Assembly: GCA_021791545.1 (NCBI GenBank)
Contig: JAJYWL010000016.1
Location: 87,545 to 151,544, forward strand
DNA length: 64,000 nucleotides
Direction: 5' to 3'
Origin: a bacterium
GTDB taxonomy: Bacteria; Patescibacteriota; Microgenomatia; Levybacterales; UBA12049
The translations under genes and the position numbers were made by a program. A model generated the notes under the pieces. That model saw only the letters and a list, made by a program, of their open reading frames with translations, had not been told where the DNA came from and made no database searches. Shown in pieces: positions 1-9,760 of this stretch. The first letter of the stretch is position 1, and every line of letters starts with the position of its first letter.

Positions 1-1
1 A

Positions 2-961
2 TTTTTGGAATTTTCATTTCTCTTTGTCTATATTTCATTAAGAAAGAGCGAAATAAGAGAAAGTCTTATTGTCTTTCTTGTGTCCCTGTCTGTGATTTAT
101 GAATCCTTAATTTCTATATTTCAATATTTTAACAGTGGATCATTGAATGGAATATTCTATTTCTTTGGAGAAAGATTTTATAATGCACAAACTCCCGGTA
201 TTGCCAATGTCTCTATAAATGGCGAATTGTTTTTAAGACCTTATGGGACTTTTTCTCATCCAAATGTTTTAGCCGCTTTCCTGGTTTTGTATATGAGTGT
301 TATCATGTTTTTTCTCCTAAGAAAAGCCAAGGGTTTTCTCAAGGTGTTTTTAATAGCAACAATTATTTTGGGAACCACTTCCCTTTTATTTACTTTTTCA
401 AGAACAGGAATTCTTTCTTGGGTTTTAGTTTTGTTTTTGTCTTTTGCCAATGCCTTCTTGAAAAAATATAAGAATTTTACAAGGAACTTCAGTCTTTTTG
501 TTTTGCTCTTTATTTCTCTTCTTATGATTTTTTATTTTCCCTTGTCACAACGAATTTTCAATTTTAACTTAACAGACCAATCGATAACTCAAAGAGAAAC
601 ATTAATTAATGAATCTTTCAAAATGATAAGTAATTATCCTTTACTTGGGGTAGGAGTAAATAATTTTTTAAATAATTTACATAATAACTCTCTCCCCTAT
701 CTTTTGCAGCCGGTTCACAATATTTATCTTTTAGTTTTTGCAGAGACGGGAATTTTAGGTTTTTTGTTTTTAATATTATTTATTCTCATTCTTCTTAAAA
801 AAATATATATTCATCATTCTTTTGAAAGCTTAGTTATCTTGATGGTCATTTTACTAATGTCGTCTTTCGATCATTATTTCCTTACTATTCAACAAGGGCA
901 AATTCTTTTTGCATTTTTCTTAGGACTTATTTATTCCGGTGTCGTCGTCTTAAAAAATTAG
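2..961 (+). CDS. O-antigen ligase family (Wzy_C domain) polytopic membrane protein, 5' partial (runs off window start)
   Basis: Multi-TM protein with a Wzy_C-like motif (FLRPYGTFSHPNVLAAFLVL, FSRTGIL). The frame is open to position 2, so the N-terminus lies outside the window. Confidence 0.55.
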   Translation, partial: FLEFSFLFVYISLRKSEIRESLIVFLVSLSVIYESLISIFQYFNSGSLNGIFYFFGERFYNAQTPGIANVSINGELFLRPYGTFSHPNVLAAFLVLYMSVIMFFLLRKAKGFLKVFLIATIILGTTSLLFTFSRTGILSWVLVLFLSFANAFLKKYKNFTRNFSLFVLLFISLLMIFYFPLSQRIFNFNLTDQSITQRETLINESFKMISNYPLLGVGVNNFLNNLHNNSLPYLLQPVHNIYLLVFAETGILGFLFLILFILILLKKIYIHHSFESLVILMVILLMSSFDHYFLTIQQGQILFAFFLGLIYSGVVVLKN

Positions 962-1014
962 AGGTTTTTATATTTGAAGTTTTTTGTTAGAATTTTATTA
1001 GAAAAGGATTATAA

Positions 1015-1428
1015 ATGGAAATATCAATTCATACAGATGGAGGATCAAGAGGAAATCCTGGAAACGCAGCAATAGGTGTTTTTGTAGAAGGTGATGGAAA
1101 AGTTCTTTCTGGAATAGGGAAGAGAATAGGGGTAGAAACAAATAACGTTGCCGAATATAAAGCAGTAATAGAAGCTTTTGTTTGGTTACTCGAGAATAAA
1201 GAAATTCATTCGATTTCGAAGGTCACTTTCTATATGGATTCTTTGCTTGTCTTTTCTCAACTAACCGGAAAATATAAAATAAAAGACGAAAACATAAGAA
1301 GTATGGTTTTCACGATACGAGAAAAACAAAGTGAACTAAATATACCTGTTTTTTGGAATCATATTCCAAGAGAAAAAAATAAAGACGCAGATTTGCTCGT
1401 CAACAGGGCGCTGGACAACCTCATCTAA
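1015..1428 (+). CDS. rnhA: ribonuclease HI
   Basis: 137 aa with the TDGGSRGNPG and TNNVAEY motifs typical of RNase HI catalytic Asp/Glu regions. Confidence 0.75.
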   Translation: MEISIHTDGGSRGNPGNAAIGVFVEGDGKVLSGIGKRIGVETNNVAEYKAVIEAFVWLLENKEIHSISKVTFYMDSLLVFSQLTGKYKIKDENIRSMVFTIREKQSELNIPVFWNHIPREKNKDADLLVNRALDNLI

Positions 1429-1448
1429 TCTCATTTAAAATAAGCTTA

Positions 1449-4079
1449 ATGACTGCCCTTATCTCTACCGAGAAAAAACACGACCTTCCTATACTTGTCG
1501 TAGACAAAAAAGGATTAATAGGGGAAGAAATCGTAGGAGAGCTTAAGAACGAATCTTTAGTTGTTTACGTAAGCTCTAAAAGACCAGAGTTTACAGATAA
1601 TGTAGTTCATATTCCGTATATAAAAAGATTTCCCACGATTCCCGACAATATTTATTCTCACATCTTTGTAATAGATGAAACCACGAGCTTTTTTAAAGAA
1701 ACTATTTCAGCATTTCTTGAGAAGGCAAAAAACGATAATTCTTTGCTGTTATTCATTTCTAATATAAAAGAAAAAGACGATAAGATAATAGAAAAAGTTA
1801 CAAGCTTTTATCAGAATGCAAAATTTGCAGTTTATGGAGAAATTTTTACGAAAAATGAAATTTTCCAAGGCTCATTAATTAATAAATTCATCTATGAAAT
1901 AAAAACATACGGAAGAATAGAGATTCCAGGAAATGGATTACAGACGATATACCCTGTTTTTCTTGAAGATTTAATATCAGGAATCTTTGAGGCAATGTTT
2001 GCCAGCATGCCTGAAGAAAAAGTATTCTATATTCTTCCTAAACACGGAATAACGTTAATTTCTTTGGCAAGGCTTTTTCAAAGGATAGATCCTGAAATAA
2101 AGATTGATTTTAAAAATCATGAGGGAAAAGAAGAAGAATATCTTCCGGGAGAAGGGAAATATCTTATTTCGGATAATTATGAATTAGGGGAGAAACTCAA
2201 GAAAATAAATTTAAAGAAAAACAAAGAAAAGACATTTACCCCACAATATATCGTCGATGAACCCAAGGCAAAAAGAAACTTTAACTTTAAATATTTATTT
2301 ATATCGTTAATTGTTTTTGTACTTTTGCCTTTTTTATCAACAGGATTATTTGCTTTTTCAGGAAAGATGTTTTTGCAACAAGCACAAAACGAATTATTTA
2401 AAGGAAACTTTAAAACTGCTCCTGTTTTTATCTTACTATCTAAAGATTCTTTCTCTTTGGCAGATAATTTTATGACAATCCTTGCTCCCGAAATGCAGGG
2501 AGTGGGGATGGGGGACAGGGCTATTTTATTGACTGAAAAAATAGATAAGGCTAATAATCTGACACGCTCATTTTACGATGCATATACTTCGGTTTCCGAG
2601 TTATCTTCGAATAACAATCCCCATAACCTTTCAAAAGCATACACAAGTTTAAAAACATTTCTGAGTGAATATGAAAAAGATAAAGATCTTCTTCCTTTAA
2701 GTTTGTCTTCAAAATTAGATCCGCTTGTTTCTTTTTCTGAAGACACTCTTTTAACCTGGCCCGATATACTGGGTTTTAATGGGCAAAGAACATATCTAAT
2801 TCTTTTCCAAAACAACATGGAACTAAGACCCGGTGGGGGATTTATTGGCTCTTACGGATTGCTATCTCTAAGTAACGGCAAGATTAACGACTTTAAGGTT
2901 CATGACGTTTATGACGCAGACGGACAATTGAAAAAACATATAGAACCACCTTTTGCTGTAAGGAGATATCTTCCTCAAGTCCACTGGTATTTGAGAGACA
3001 GTAATTTTGATGTTGACTTCTCAAGGGGAGCAATAGCATCGGCTATGTTACTTGATGAAGAGACATCTCAAAAAGTGGACGGAGTAATAGGTGTAGATAT
3101 TAATTTTGTAAAAAATCTTCTTTCCATAATAGGTCCGGTAAATGTTCCGGATTATAACGAGACTGTTACAGACCAAAATCTATTTCAATTAACCGAATCC
3201 CATGCAGAGAAAAACTTTTTTCCCGGTTCTACTCAGAAAAAAGATTTCTTAAGCTCGTTATTTAATGCTATTCAACAAAAAATTAGTTCCGGAAAGTTTT
3301 CATATCTTAATCTTTCTGAAGCTTTAATAAATTCAGTAGGGCAAAAACATCTTCTTTTTGCATTCAATGAATCTAATATTCAAGACGTATTTTCCGTAAA
3401 TGGATTATCATCATCCATAGATGAAACAAGACCAGTGGAGGACGGAAACATAAATGATTTTATAGGAATTAATGAGGCAAATCTTGGAGCAAATAAGGTT
3501 AACTTTTTCGTCGATAGAAGTGTTTTGGATAGCATAAAAATAGGGGACGATGGGATTATTAAAGGTTCCCTAAATATTACATATAAAAATAAGTCTGACG
3601 GAACCTGGCCCGGAGGAGACTATAAAAACTATCTGAGAGTCATTCTTCCTAAAGGAAGTACTCTTGCTTCAATAAGAATTAACGGTAAATCGCAAAAGAT
3701 CGTAAATGCTGTTACCGACCCCAGTCTTTATGAGGCAAAAAATTTCAAGGTACCTTCGGGGATTGAGGTAGAAAAACTAGACGAAGGTGATAAAACTATT
3801 TTTGGGTTTTTGGTTACAGTGAAAATGGGAGAAACTCAATCAGTCCAGGTGGATTATTCGGAAGGAACTGTTTACAAATTAACGGATAACTTTACCTATA
3901 ACCTTAGAATTTTAAAACAACCCGGAACAGAAGTTTATCCATTCTCTCTTGGTGTTAATTATCCGTCGTCCTTTGCGCCAGTCAACGATAGCGCATTTAA
4001 GACTACGGCTTCCGGAATTTCTTATACAACTAATCTGGAAGGGGATAAAGATTTGTCAGTTATTTTTGGTTCCAGGTAG
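1449..4079 (+). CDS. DUF4012 domain-containing membrane protein with an N-terminal Rossmann-like domain
   Basis: 876 aa with a central TM segment. The ELRPGGGFIGSYG motif is characteristic of DUF4012 and follows the TM. Confidence 0.55.
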   Translation: MTALISTEKKHDLPILVVDKKGLIGEEIVGELKNESLVVYVSSKRPEFTDNVVHIPYIKRFPTIPDNIYSHIFVIDETTSFFKETISAFLEKAKNDNSLLLFISNIKEKDDKIIEKVTSFYQNAKFAVYGEIFTKNEIFQGSLINKFIYEIKTYGRIEIPGNGLQTIYPVFLEDLISGIFEAMFASMPEEKVFYILPKHGITLISLARLFQRIDPEIKIDFKNHEGKEEEYLPGEGKYLISDNYELGEKLKKINLKKNKEKTFTPQYIVDEPKAKRNFNFKYLFISLIVFVLLPFLSTGLFAFSGKMFLQQAQNELFKGNFKTAPVFILLSKDSFSLADNFMTILAPEMQGVGMGDRAILLTEKIDKANNLTRSFYDAYTSVSELSSNNNPHNLSKAYTSLKTFLSEYEKDKDLLPLSLSSKLDPLVSFSEDTLLTWPDILGFNGQRTYLILFQNNMELRPGGGFIGSYGLLSLSNGKINDFKVHDVYDADGQLKKHIEPPFAVRRYLPQVHWYLRDSNFDVDFSRGAIASAMLLDEETSQKVDGVIGVDINFVKNLLSIIGPVNVPDYNETVTDQNLFQLTESHAEKNFFPGSTQKKDFLSSLFNAIQQKISSGKFSYLNLSEALINSVGQKHLLFAFNESNIQDVFSVNGLSSSIDETRPVEDGNINDFIGINEANLGANKVNFFVDRSVLDSIKIGDDGIIKGSLNITYKNKSDGTWPGGDYKNYLRVILPKGSTLASIRINGKSQKIVNAVTDPSLYEAKNFKVPSGIEVEKLDEGDKTIFGFLVTVKMGETQSVQVDYSEGTVYKLTDNFTYNLRILKQPGTEVYPFSLGVNYPSSFAPVNDSAFKTTASGISYTTNLEGDKDLSVIFGSR

Positions 4080-4724
4080 TTTTAAGTTTCTGTTTTTTCT
4101 TCCGTGTGCAATCAGTAAGTGAGTAAGTATAATCCAGTCTTTCTTATCAAAAAGAGCCATTAGGTCTTTTTCAATTTTTAGAGGATCCTCTTCCTTTGTA
4201 AAACCAAAATATCTCGCAAGTCTTTTTACATGAGTGTCGACTGCTACTCCTTCGGAAATTCCGTAGGCTTCTCCTAGTACGACGTTGGCTGTTTTTCTTC
4301 CAACCCCCGGAAGTTTGGTAAATTCTTCTATTGTTCGGGGAAGTTTTCCTTTGTAATCCTCTAGAAGTATCCTTGATGTTTTATTTATATTGTTTGCTTT
4401 TGATTTATAAAGTCCTATGGATTTAATTTCATTTTCAATCTCCAAGATATCGGTAAAAGCAAAATTTATCATCTCGATAAGTTCATCTTTTTGAAGATCA
4501 ATACTCGAATATTTTTCGTAAAGGTTATTAAATTCAGGTTTTTCTTTTTTAAATTTTGGAAAAACAATAGCCATCACTTTATTTACTTGTGCATCTGTGG
4601 TCTGTGCTGAAAGCATGACGGAAATAAGAAGCTCAAGATGATTTGAATAATCTAAAGCAATTTTTGCTTCCGGATAAGTCTTTTTTAGAAAGCTCAATAT
4701 TTCATAAGCTTTACTTTTATCCAT
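4056..4724 (-). CDS. nth: endonuclease III (HhH-GPD base excision glycosylase), apparently lacking the C-terminal 4Fe-4S Cys cluster
   Basis: HhH-GPD motifs (LPGVGRKTANVVL, DTHV). The C-terminus ends HGRKNRNLKLPGTKNN, with no Cys-X6-C-X2-C-X5-C. Confidence 0.8.
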   Translation of the reverse strand: MDKSKAYEILSFLKKTYPEAKIALDYSNHLELLISVMLSAQTTDAQVNKVMAIVFPKFKKEKPEFNNLYEKYSSIDLQKDELIEMINFAFTDILEIENEIKSIGLYKSKANNINKTSRILLEDYKGKLPRTIEEFTKLPGVGRKTANVVLGEAYGISEGVAVDTHVKRLARYFGFTKEEDPLKIEKDLMALFDKKDWIILTHLLIAHGRKNRNLKLPGTKNN

Positions 4725-5051
4725 GAGGAGATTATAGCAAAGATTTAGCCTTTTCTAGGAAGAGGAGTTCTTTGGGATGGAGGAGTGACTCTTGTAAAAA
4801 CCTCCTGACTCCCGTTCTTAGGAACATAAACACCCCTGTCGGTGAAAAAGGCCAAGCGCCTAATTTCTCCCGGCCTGGATGTAGCTCTTTGCATAACGTC
4901 TTTTGGGACGTTGCCTTCTGCTTCTATCATAAGAGTATATTATTACAGGGATATTAATTAGTCTTGACGATTAAAAGATTTCTATCTGACATTAACCTGA
5001 CAATATATCTTGTTGATAAATATATGGTATAGCTTTAGAATATGAGCACTT

Positions 5052-6350
5052 ATGGCACAGGGAATCATTGAGGAAACATATCCTCTAACTTTTAGGCAAG
5101 AAGAGGCGAGGGAACTGGGGCGATATTTAAAAAATAGACAAGGGGTCGTACTGATAGGAATGAAAAAAGTAGGAATAAGTAATTTCCTTCGTTTTTTTCT
5201 TGGGAACAAAGATATCCCCGGAACCTATATTCAAGATTACAAGAAGCATTTATTTATCCCCGTAGATTTAAATGATCTTGTTGAATGTGAGATAGCTCCA
5301 TTCTGGACATTAACTTTAAAGCGTATAGTCGATTCTGTAGAAAACTCAAAAATAGAAGAGAAAGTAAAAAAAAAGATATCTGCTATGTTCATGGAAAGCA
5401 TCCAACTTCAAGACCTCTTTTTTACAATAGATAGCGTAAGAAGGGCACTTTTGAAAATAACAGAACAAGGTTTTTTGCCGACGTTATTTTTTATTAGATT
5501 CGACAGAATGAAAGACTGTGTTACTCCCGAGTTTTTTGCCAACCTGGATGGAATTAAAACGGCAAACCATGAAGCAGCTTTTGTCTTTACAAGTTACATG
5601 CCTTTAAAAAAACTTATTCCGTCTCTTCCTAATACTTCTTGGTCGGTCTTTTTCAAAAATTTGTATATTAAACCTGCAAAAAGAGAAGATGTCGAAACAA
5701 TCTTTAATGCATATAAAAAAAGATTTGATGTCTCACTTCCCAAAAACTTGGAAAGTTATTTTTTTGAATTAGTTGACGGTTATACTCAGTATCTTCAGCT
5801 TTCACTCATTTTTCTTCATGATAGGAAAGAATCTGTTAAGACCGAAGAAAGCTTAGGGGAGGGTTTGTCTAGGGATGAGAGAATTAACCTTCAGTCCGAA
5901 GAGTTGTGGGAAAGCTTGGACGATGAATCAAAAAATGTTCTCGTAAAAGTTATAAATAGTCAAAAAATTTTACCGTCTGAAAAGAAGCGAGCATTGTATC
6001 TTTGGAACACGGGATTTATAAGGGTAAATTCTGCGAGTAATCATGTTTTTAGTCCTCTTTTTGAAGATTTCATAAGAAGAAAAGAGAAGGAAACAAATAC
6101 AAAAGAACTTAGCGAAGAATTTAGTAAAAAAGAAAATTTACTCTTTAATTATCTCCAACAAAGGAAAAATGAAATTTGCGAAAGGGAAGAAATAATAGAA
6201 GCAGTCTGGCCCGAGGAAGAGGAGCTTGGCGTATCTGACTGGGCAATAGATAAGTTGGTTGCGAGGGTAAGAAATAAATTAAAAATTCAGAAAAACAATT
6301 TGGAAATACAGACAATTAAAACAAGGGGATACAAATTGATAGGAGATTAG
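5052..6350 (+). CDS. ATPase-like (degenerate P-loop) N-terminal domain fused to a C-terminal OmpR/PhoB-type winged-helix DNA-binding domain; putative transcriptional regulator
   Basis: GMKKVGIS is a Walker-A-like motif lacking the Lys. The C-terminus (WAIDKLVARVRNKL...IQTIKTRGYKL) resembles the trans_reg_C wHTH. Confidence 0.5.
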   Translation: MAQGIIEETYPLTFRQEEARELGRYLKNRQGVVLIGMKKVGISNFLRFFLGNKDIPGTYIQDYKKHLFIPVDLNDLVECEIAPFWTLTLKRIVDSVENSKIEEKVKKKISAMFMESIQLQDLFFTIDSVRRALLKITEQGFLPTLFFIRFDRMKDCVTPEFFANLDGIKTANHEAAFVFTSYMPLKKLIPSLPNTSWSVFFKNLYIKPAKREDVETIFNAYKKRFDVSLPKNLESYFFELVDGYTQYLQLSLIFLHDRKESVKTEESLGEGLSRDERINLQSEELWESLDDESKNVLVKVINSQKILPSEKKRALYLWNTGFIRVNSASNHVFSPLFEDFIRRKEKETNTKELSEEFSKKENLLFNYLQQRKNEICEREEIIEAVWPEEEELGVSDWAIDKLVARVRNKLKIQKNNLEIQTIKTRGYKLIGD

Positions 6351-6391
6351 CCTCGTTGATAGCCTCAAGAGCTTGTGTTAGAATGAGTTGA

Positions 6392-8497
6392 ATGGATAAA
6401 GTATTTAATCATAAAGAAATTGAAGAGAAAATCTACAAAACTTGGGAAGAAAAAGGTTTTTTTAAGCCTGAGTTAAATCCCAAGGGAAAACCTTACTCAA
6501 TAATTCTTCCTCCCACAAACGCAAACGGTGCTCTTCACTTCGGACATGCAATGTATGTTTTAGAAGATATTCTTGCGAGGGTACATAGGATGAAGGGTTT
6601 TTCAACTCTTTGGCTTCCGGGTACGGATCACGCAGGAATTGAGACTCAATTTGTTTTCGAAAAGAAACTAAGGGAAGAGGGTAAATCAAGGCTGGATTTC
6701 AAAAGGGATGAGCTTTTTGAAATGATAAAAAAATATGTCGATGAAAATAGGGGAGGCATAGAAAAACAACTTAGAAGACTGGGATTTTCCCTTGACTGGA
6801 GTAGGGAAAAATATACCTTGGACAAGAACGTAGTGGAAATCGTATACGACACCTTCAAAAAACTTTTTGACGACGGTTTGGTATATAGGGCAAAAAGATT
6901 AGTTAATTATTGTACTTTTGACGGGACAAGCTTTTCCGATCTTGAAGTAATTTACGAGGAAAAAGAATCAAAACTTTATTACATTAAATATCCATTGGAA
7001 AAAGGTTTTATAACTGTTGCAACTACAAGGCCGGAAACGATGTTTGGTGATACGGCAGTTGCGGTAAATCCAAAAGACCCTAGATATAAGGATTTGGAGG
7101 GAAAAATGATCTCTCTTCCCTTAACCACAAGGGAGATTCCTGTCATATATGACGAATCCGTCAATGTTGAATTTGGTACAGGAGCGGTCAAGGTTACACC
7201 TGCTCATGACCCAAACGATTACGAGTTAGGTAAAAAACATAGTCTTGATCAGATAACCGTAATAGGTTTTGACGGCAAGATGACAAATGAAGCCGGTGAG
7301 TTTGAAGGTTTATATATAAAACAAGCAAGAGCTAAGGTGATAGAGAAACTAAATGAGCTTGGCTTTTTGGAAAAGGAAGAAACGATAAAAAATAGCGTTC
7401 CGGTTTGTTATAAGTGTAAAAATCCGATTGAACCTCTTTTGATGGACCAATGGTTTATCAAAATGGAACCTTTGGCAAAACCGGCAATAGAAGCCGTAAG
7501 AAGCGGAAAAATTAAAATTAATCCCAAGAGTTTCGAGAAGATATATTTTCAGTTTTTAGAAAATATAAGAGATTGGAATGTTTCAAGACAAATTGTCTGG
7601 GGAATACAGATTCCTGCCTGGAAGTGTAACGAATGTAACGAGTGGACTGTGACAAAAGGGGAAACTCCTCAAAAATGTAAATGCGGCTCGGAAAAATTGG
7701 AAAGAGATCAGGATACTTTTGATACTTGGTTTTCCTCAGGGCAATGGCCTTATGCTACTTTGAAAACGACAGATTGCATGGATTTTTATCCCGTGTCGGT
7801 AATGGAGACGGGATACGACATATTAAGATGGTGGGTAGCAAGAATGGCGATGTTGGGGATTTATATAAGAGAAAAAGAAGGGATTAAGGATACGGAAGAA
7901 CAAATTCCTTTTAAGGATGTTGTGCTTCATGGGTTGGTAAACGACCCTTACGGTAAAAAGATGAGTAAATCTAAGGGTAATGTTGTAAATCCCATAGAGC
8001 TTGCCGACCAATACGGTGCAGATTCAGTAAGGTTTGCTCTTGTTTATGGTGCTGCCTTGGGAAATGACCAGGCTCTTTCTTATCCGAAGCTTGAAGCTGC
8101 AAGAAAATTTGCCAATAAGCTTTGGAATATAGCAAGGTTTATAGAAATGAAACAAGAAGAAGCGGGAAAAGTAGGGGAGATAAATAAAAAAGACGAAGAA
8201 TGGTTAATGGAAGCTAAAAAAGTAAGTAAAGAAATTAGTTCTTATTTAAACAAGTATCAATTCAATTATGCTGCAGAAAAGTTATATGAACATATCTGGC
8301 ATAGATTTGCAGACGTATATATAGAAGACGTGAAGGGAAGAATTGACGATAAGTCATATGAATCCTTGAAGAATCAATTTCTTATACTACTTAAACTTCT
8401 TCATCCATTCATGCCATTTATAACAGAGGAGATATATCAAAGGCTTTGGAGTAAAGAGGGATATCTCATGGTATCTAATTGGCCAGATGAAGTTTAA
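6392..8497 (+). CDS. valS: valyl-tRNA synthetase (compact form, 701 aa)
   Basis: Class I aaRS with a HIGH-like motif (GALHFGHA), KMSKS, and WLPGTDHAGIETQ matching the ValRS TDHAGIATQ block. The C-terminal coiled-coil is absent. Confidence 0.8.
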   Translation: MDKVFNHKEIEEKIYKTWEEKGFFKPELNPKGKPYSIILPPTNANGALHFGHAMYVLEDILARVHRMKGFSTLWLPGTDHAGIETQFVFEKKLREEGKSRLDFKRDELFEMIKKYVDENRGGIEKQLRRLGFSLDWSREKYTLDKNVVEIVYDTFKKLFDDGLVYRAKRLVNYCTFDGTSFSDLEVIYEEKESKLYYIKYPLEKGFITVATTRPETMFGDTAVAVNPKDPRYKDLEGKMISLPLTTREIPVIYDESVNVEFGTGAVKVTPAHDPNDYELGKKHSLDQITVIGFDGKMTNEAGEFEGLYIKQARAKVIEKLNELGFLEKEETIKNSVPVCYKCKNPIEPLLMDQWFIKMEPLAKPAIEAVRSGKIKINPKSFEKIYFQFLENIRDWNVSRQIVWGIQIPAWKCNECNEWTVTKGETPQKCKCGSEKLERDQDTFDTWFSSGQWPYATLKTTDCMDFYPVSVMETGYDILRWWVARMAMLGIYIREKEGIKDTEEQIPFKDVVLHGLVNDPYGKKMSKSKGNVVNPIELADQYGADSVRFALVYGAALGNDQALSYPKLEAARKFANKLWNIARFIEMKQEEAGKVGEINKKDEEWLMEAKKVSKEISSYLNKYQFNYAAEKLYEHIWHRFADVYIEDVKGRIDDKSYESLKNQFLILLKLLHPFMPFITEEIYQRLWSKEGYLMVSNWPDEV

Positions 8498-8984
8498 AAA
8501 TACAAAACCATCTAAAAAATCCTTAAAAAAGAAAAAAATAGCTGCTGAAAAGAAAGTTGCTAGTTCGGGAAAAAAACCACAATTCCCGAAGATTTACCGA
8601 ATTATTACCGAAGGCAAATTAATTTTCGAGGCTAAAGCAAAAATAAAATCGACTAACAGCAAGAAAATTCTTCTTGGGTTATATGTAATATTGATAGGTT
8701 TCCTTGTAATCTTGCTTTCTATAGTCATTCTTAAAGGACTAATATATTTAAAAGAATTTCGGGATCTAAATATAAGAAGACAGGAGACAATGGAAAGTAT
8801 AAAACTATGGCAGGGAGTGACGGAAAAATATCCCGGTTTTAAAGACGCATATTTCAGACTAGCTTTACTTGAATATCAATTAGGGGACTATAAAAAGTCG
8901 GAATCTTATAACATTCAGGCGTTAAATTTGGATCCAAACTATAAAGATGCGATAAATCTTCAAAATTTACTTCAGAAGAAATAA
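8487..8984 (+). CDS. TPR-repeat membrane-anchored protein
   Basis: Lys-rich N-terminus, one TM segment, and a C-terminal TPR-like helix pair (AYFRLALLEYQLGDYKKSESYNIQALNLDPNY). The start is uncertain and overlaps the valS end. Confidence 0.45.
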   Translation: MKFKNTKPSKKSLKKKKIAAEKKVASSGKKPQFPKIYRIITEGKLIFEAKAKIKSTNSKKILLGLYVILIGFLVILLSIVILKGLIYLKEFRDLNIRRQETMESIKLWQGVTEKYPGFKDAYFRLALLEYQLGDYKKSESYNIQALNLDPNYKDAINLQNLLQKK

Positions 8985-9698
8985 TTATTCGTTTGAGGGT
9001 TGTTCTTGAGGTTTTTCTCCCTGTTCTTCTTGTGTGGCTTCTCCCTCTGTTGGAGTTTCTCCGCCTTCGGCTGCTTCTCCCGAAGCTTCAGCTGCTGCGG
9101 CTTCTGCGGCTGCTGCCTCTGCTGCGGCTTCTTCTTGTGCTTCTTTTGTAACTAATTCGCCGATTTTTGCCACGACTTGCTCTTTATCTGTAAGTATTTC
9201 TACATCTTCCGGAACTTTTAGTTCGCTAACCGTAATCTGATCGTCTACATTTGCAAGAGCTTCTACATTAACTTCGATATGTTCGGGTAAGTGTTCAGGT
9301 AGTGCCTCAACTTCAACTTCGGACAAAATTTCCATCAAAAGACCTATCTTTTCTGTTACTGCTGCAGGTTCTCCTATAAATTCCAAAGGAACCATTGTTT
9401 TTACTTTTTCTTTAAGATTTACTTGGAAGAAATCGGCATGAAGGACGTTGTGTCTGAAATCTGTCTGAACATTATGGATAAGAACGGGGGTTGTTTTGCT
9501 GTCATGAACCAAATCGACCAATCCTGTTTCTCCGACTTCTCTATATACTTCCAAGAAATCCTTAAGAGGAAGTTGTACTGCTTCCGATTTTATGTTTTTA
9601 CCATAAACGTTAGCAGGTAAGATTCCTTCTCTTCGAAGTTTCTTTATCTGTTTTCCCAAGAGTTTTCTTTCTGTTACTTTAAGGCTTTCCCTTTTCAT
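8985..9698 (-). CDS. rplY: 50S ribosomal protein L25/general stress protein Ctc with an acidic Ala/Glu-rich C-terminal tail
   Basis: The N-terminus LKVTERKLLGKQIKKLRREGILPANVYG is typical of L25/Ctc. A low-complexity AEAAAAEA tail follows. Confidence 0.8.
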   Translation of the reverse strand: MKRESLKVTERKLLGKQIKKLRREGILPANVYGKNIKSEAVQLPLKDFLEVYREVGETGLVDLVHDSKTTPVLIHNVQTDFRHNVLHADFFQVNLKEKVKTMVPLEFIGEPAAVTEKIGLLMEILSEVEVEALPEHLPEHIEVNVEALANVDDQITVSELKVPEDVEILTDKEQVVAKIGELVTKEAQEEAAAEAAAAEAAAAEASGEAAEGGETPTEGEATQEEQGEKPQEQPSNE

Positions 9699-9760
9699 AT
9701 ACTTTTGACATTTTACCGTAAAAGCTAAAGCATTACAAGTGTGCTATCATATCACTACTT

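Noticed and set aside
4870-4900. 10-nt identity (GGATGTAGCT) to a segment of E. coli 4.5S/SRP RNA
   Set aside because: The matching segment is part of a non-conserved helix in 4.5S RNA. The conserved SRP domain IV motifs (GGAA tetraloop region, AGCAGCC) are not present, so the match is most likely coincidence.
4745-4957. Two overlapping 61-aa ORFs (both strands) in the nth/regulator intergenic region
   Set aside because: Neither has a ribosome-binding site or a recognisable protein family. The region is better explained as a GC-rich non-coding element and is reported as a candidate ncRNA finding instead.
9034-9240. Alanine/serine-rich 68-aa ORF on the plus strand
   Set aside because: It is the antisense of the GC-rich Ala/Glu tail of rplY and is a low-complexity artefact. 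The many other short antisense ORFs inside valS, ruvB, purA, groEL and elsewhere in the track are rejected for the same reason.
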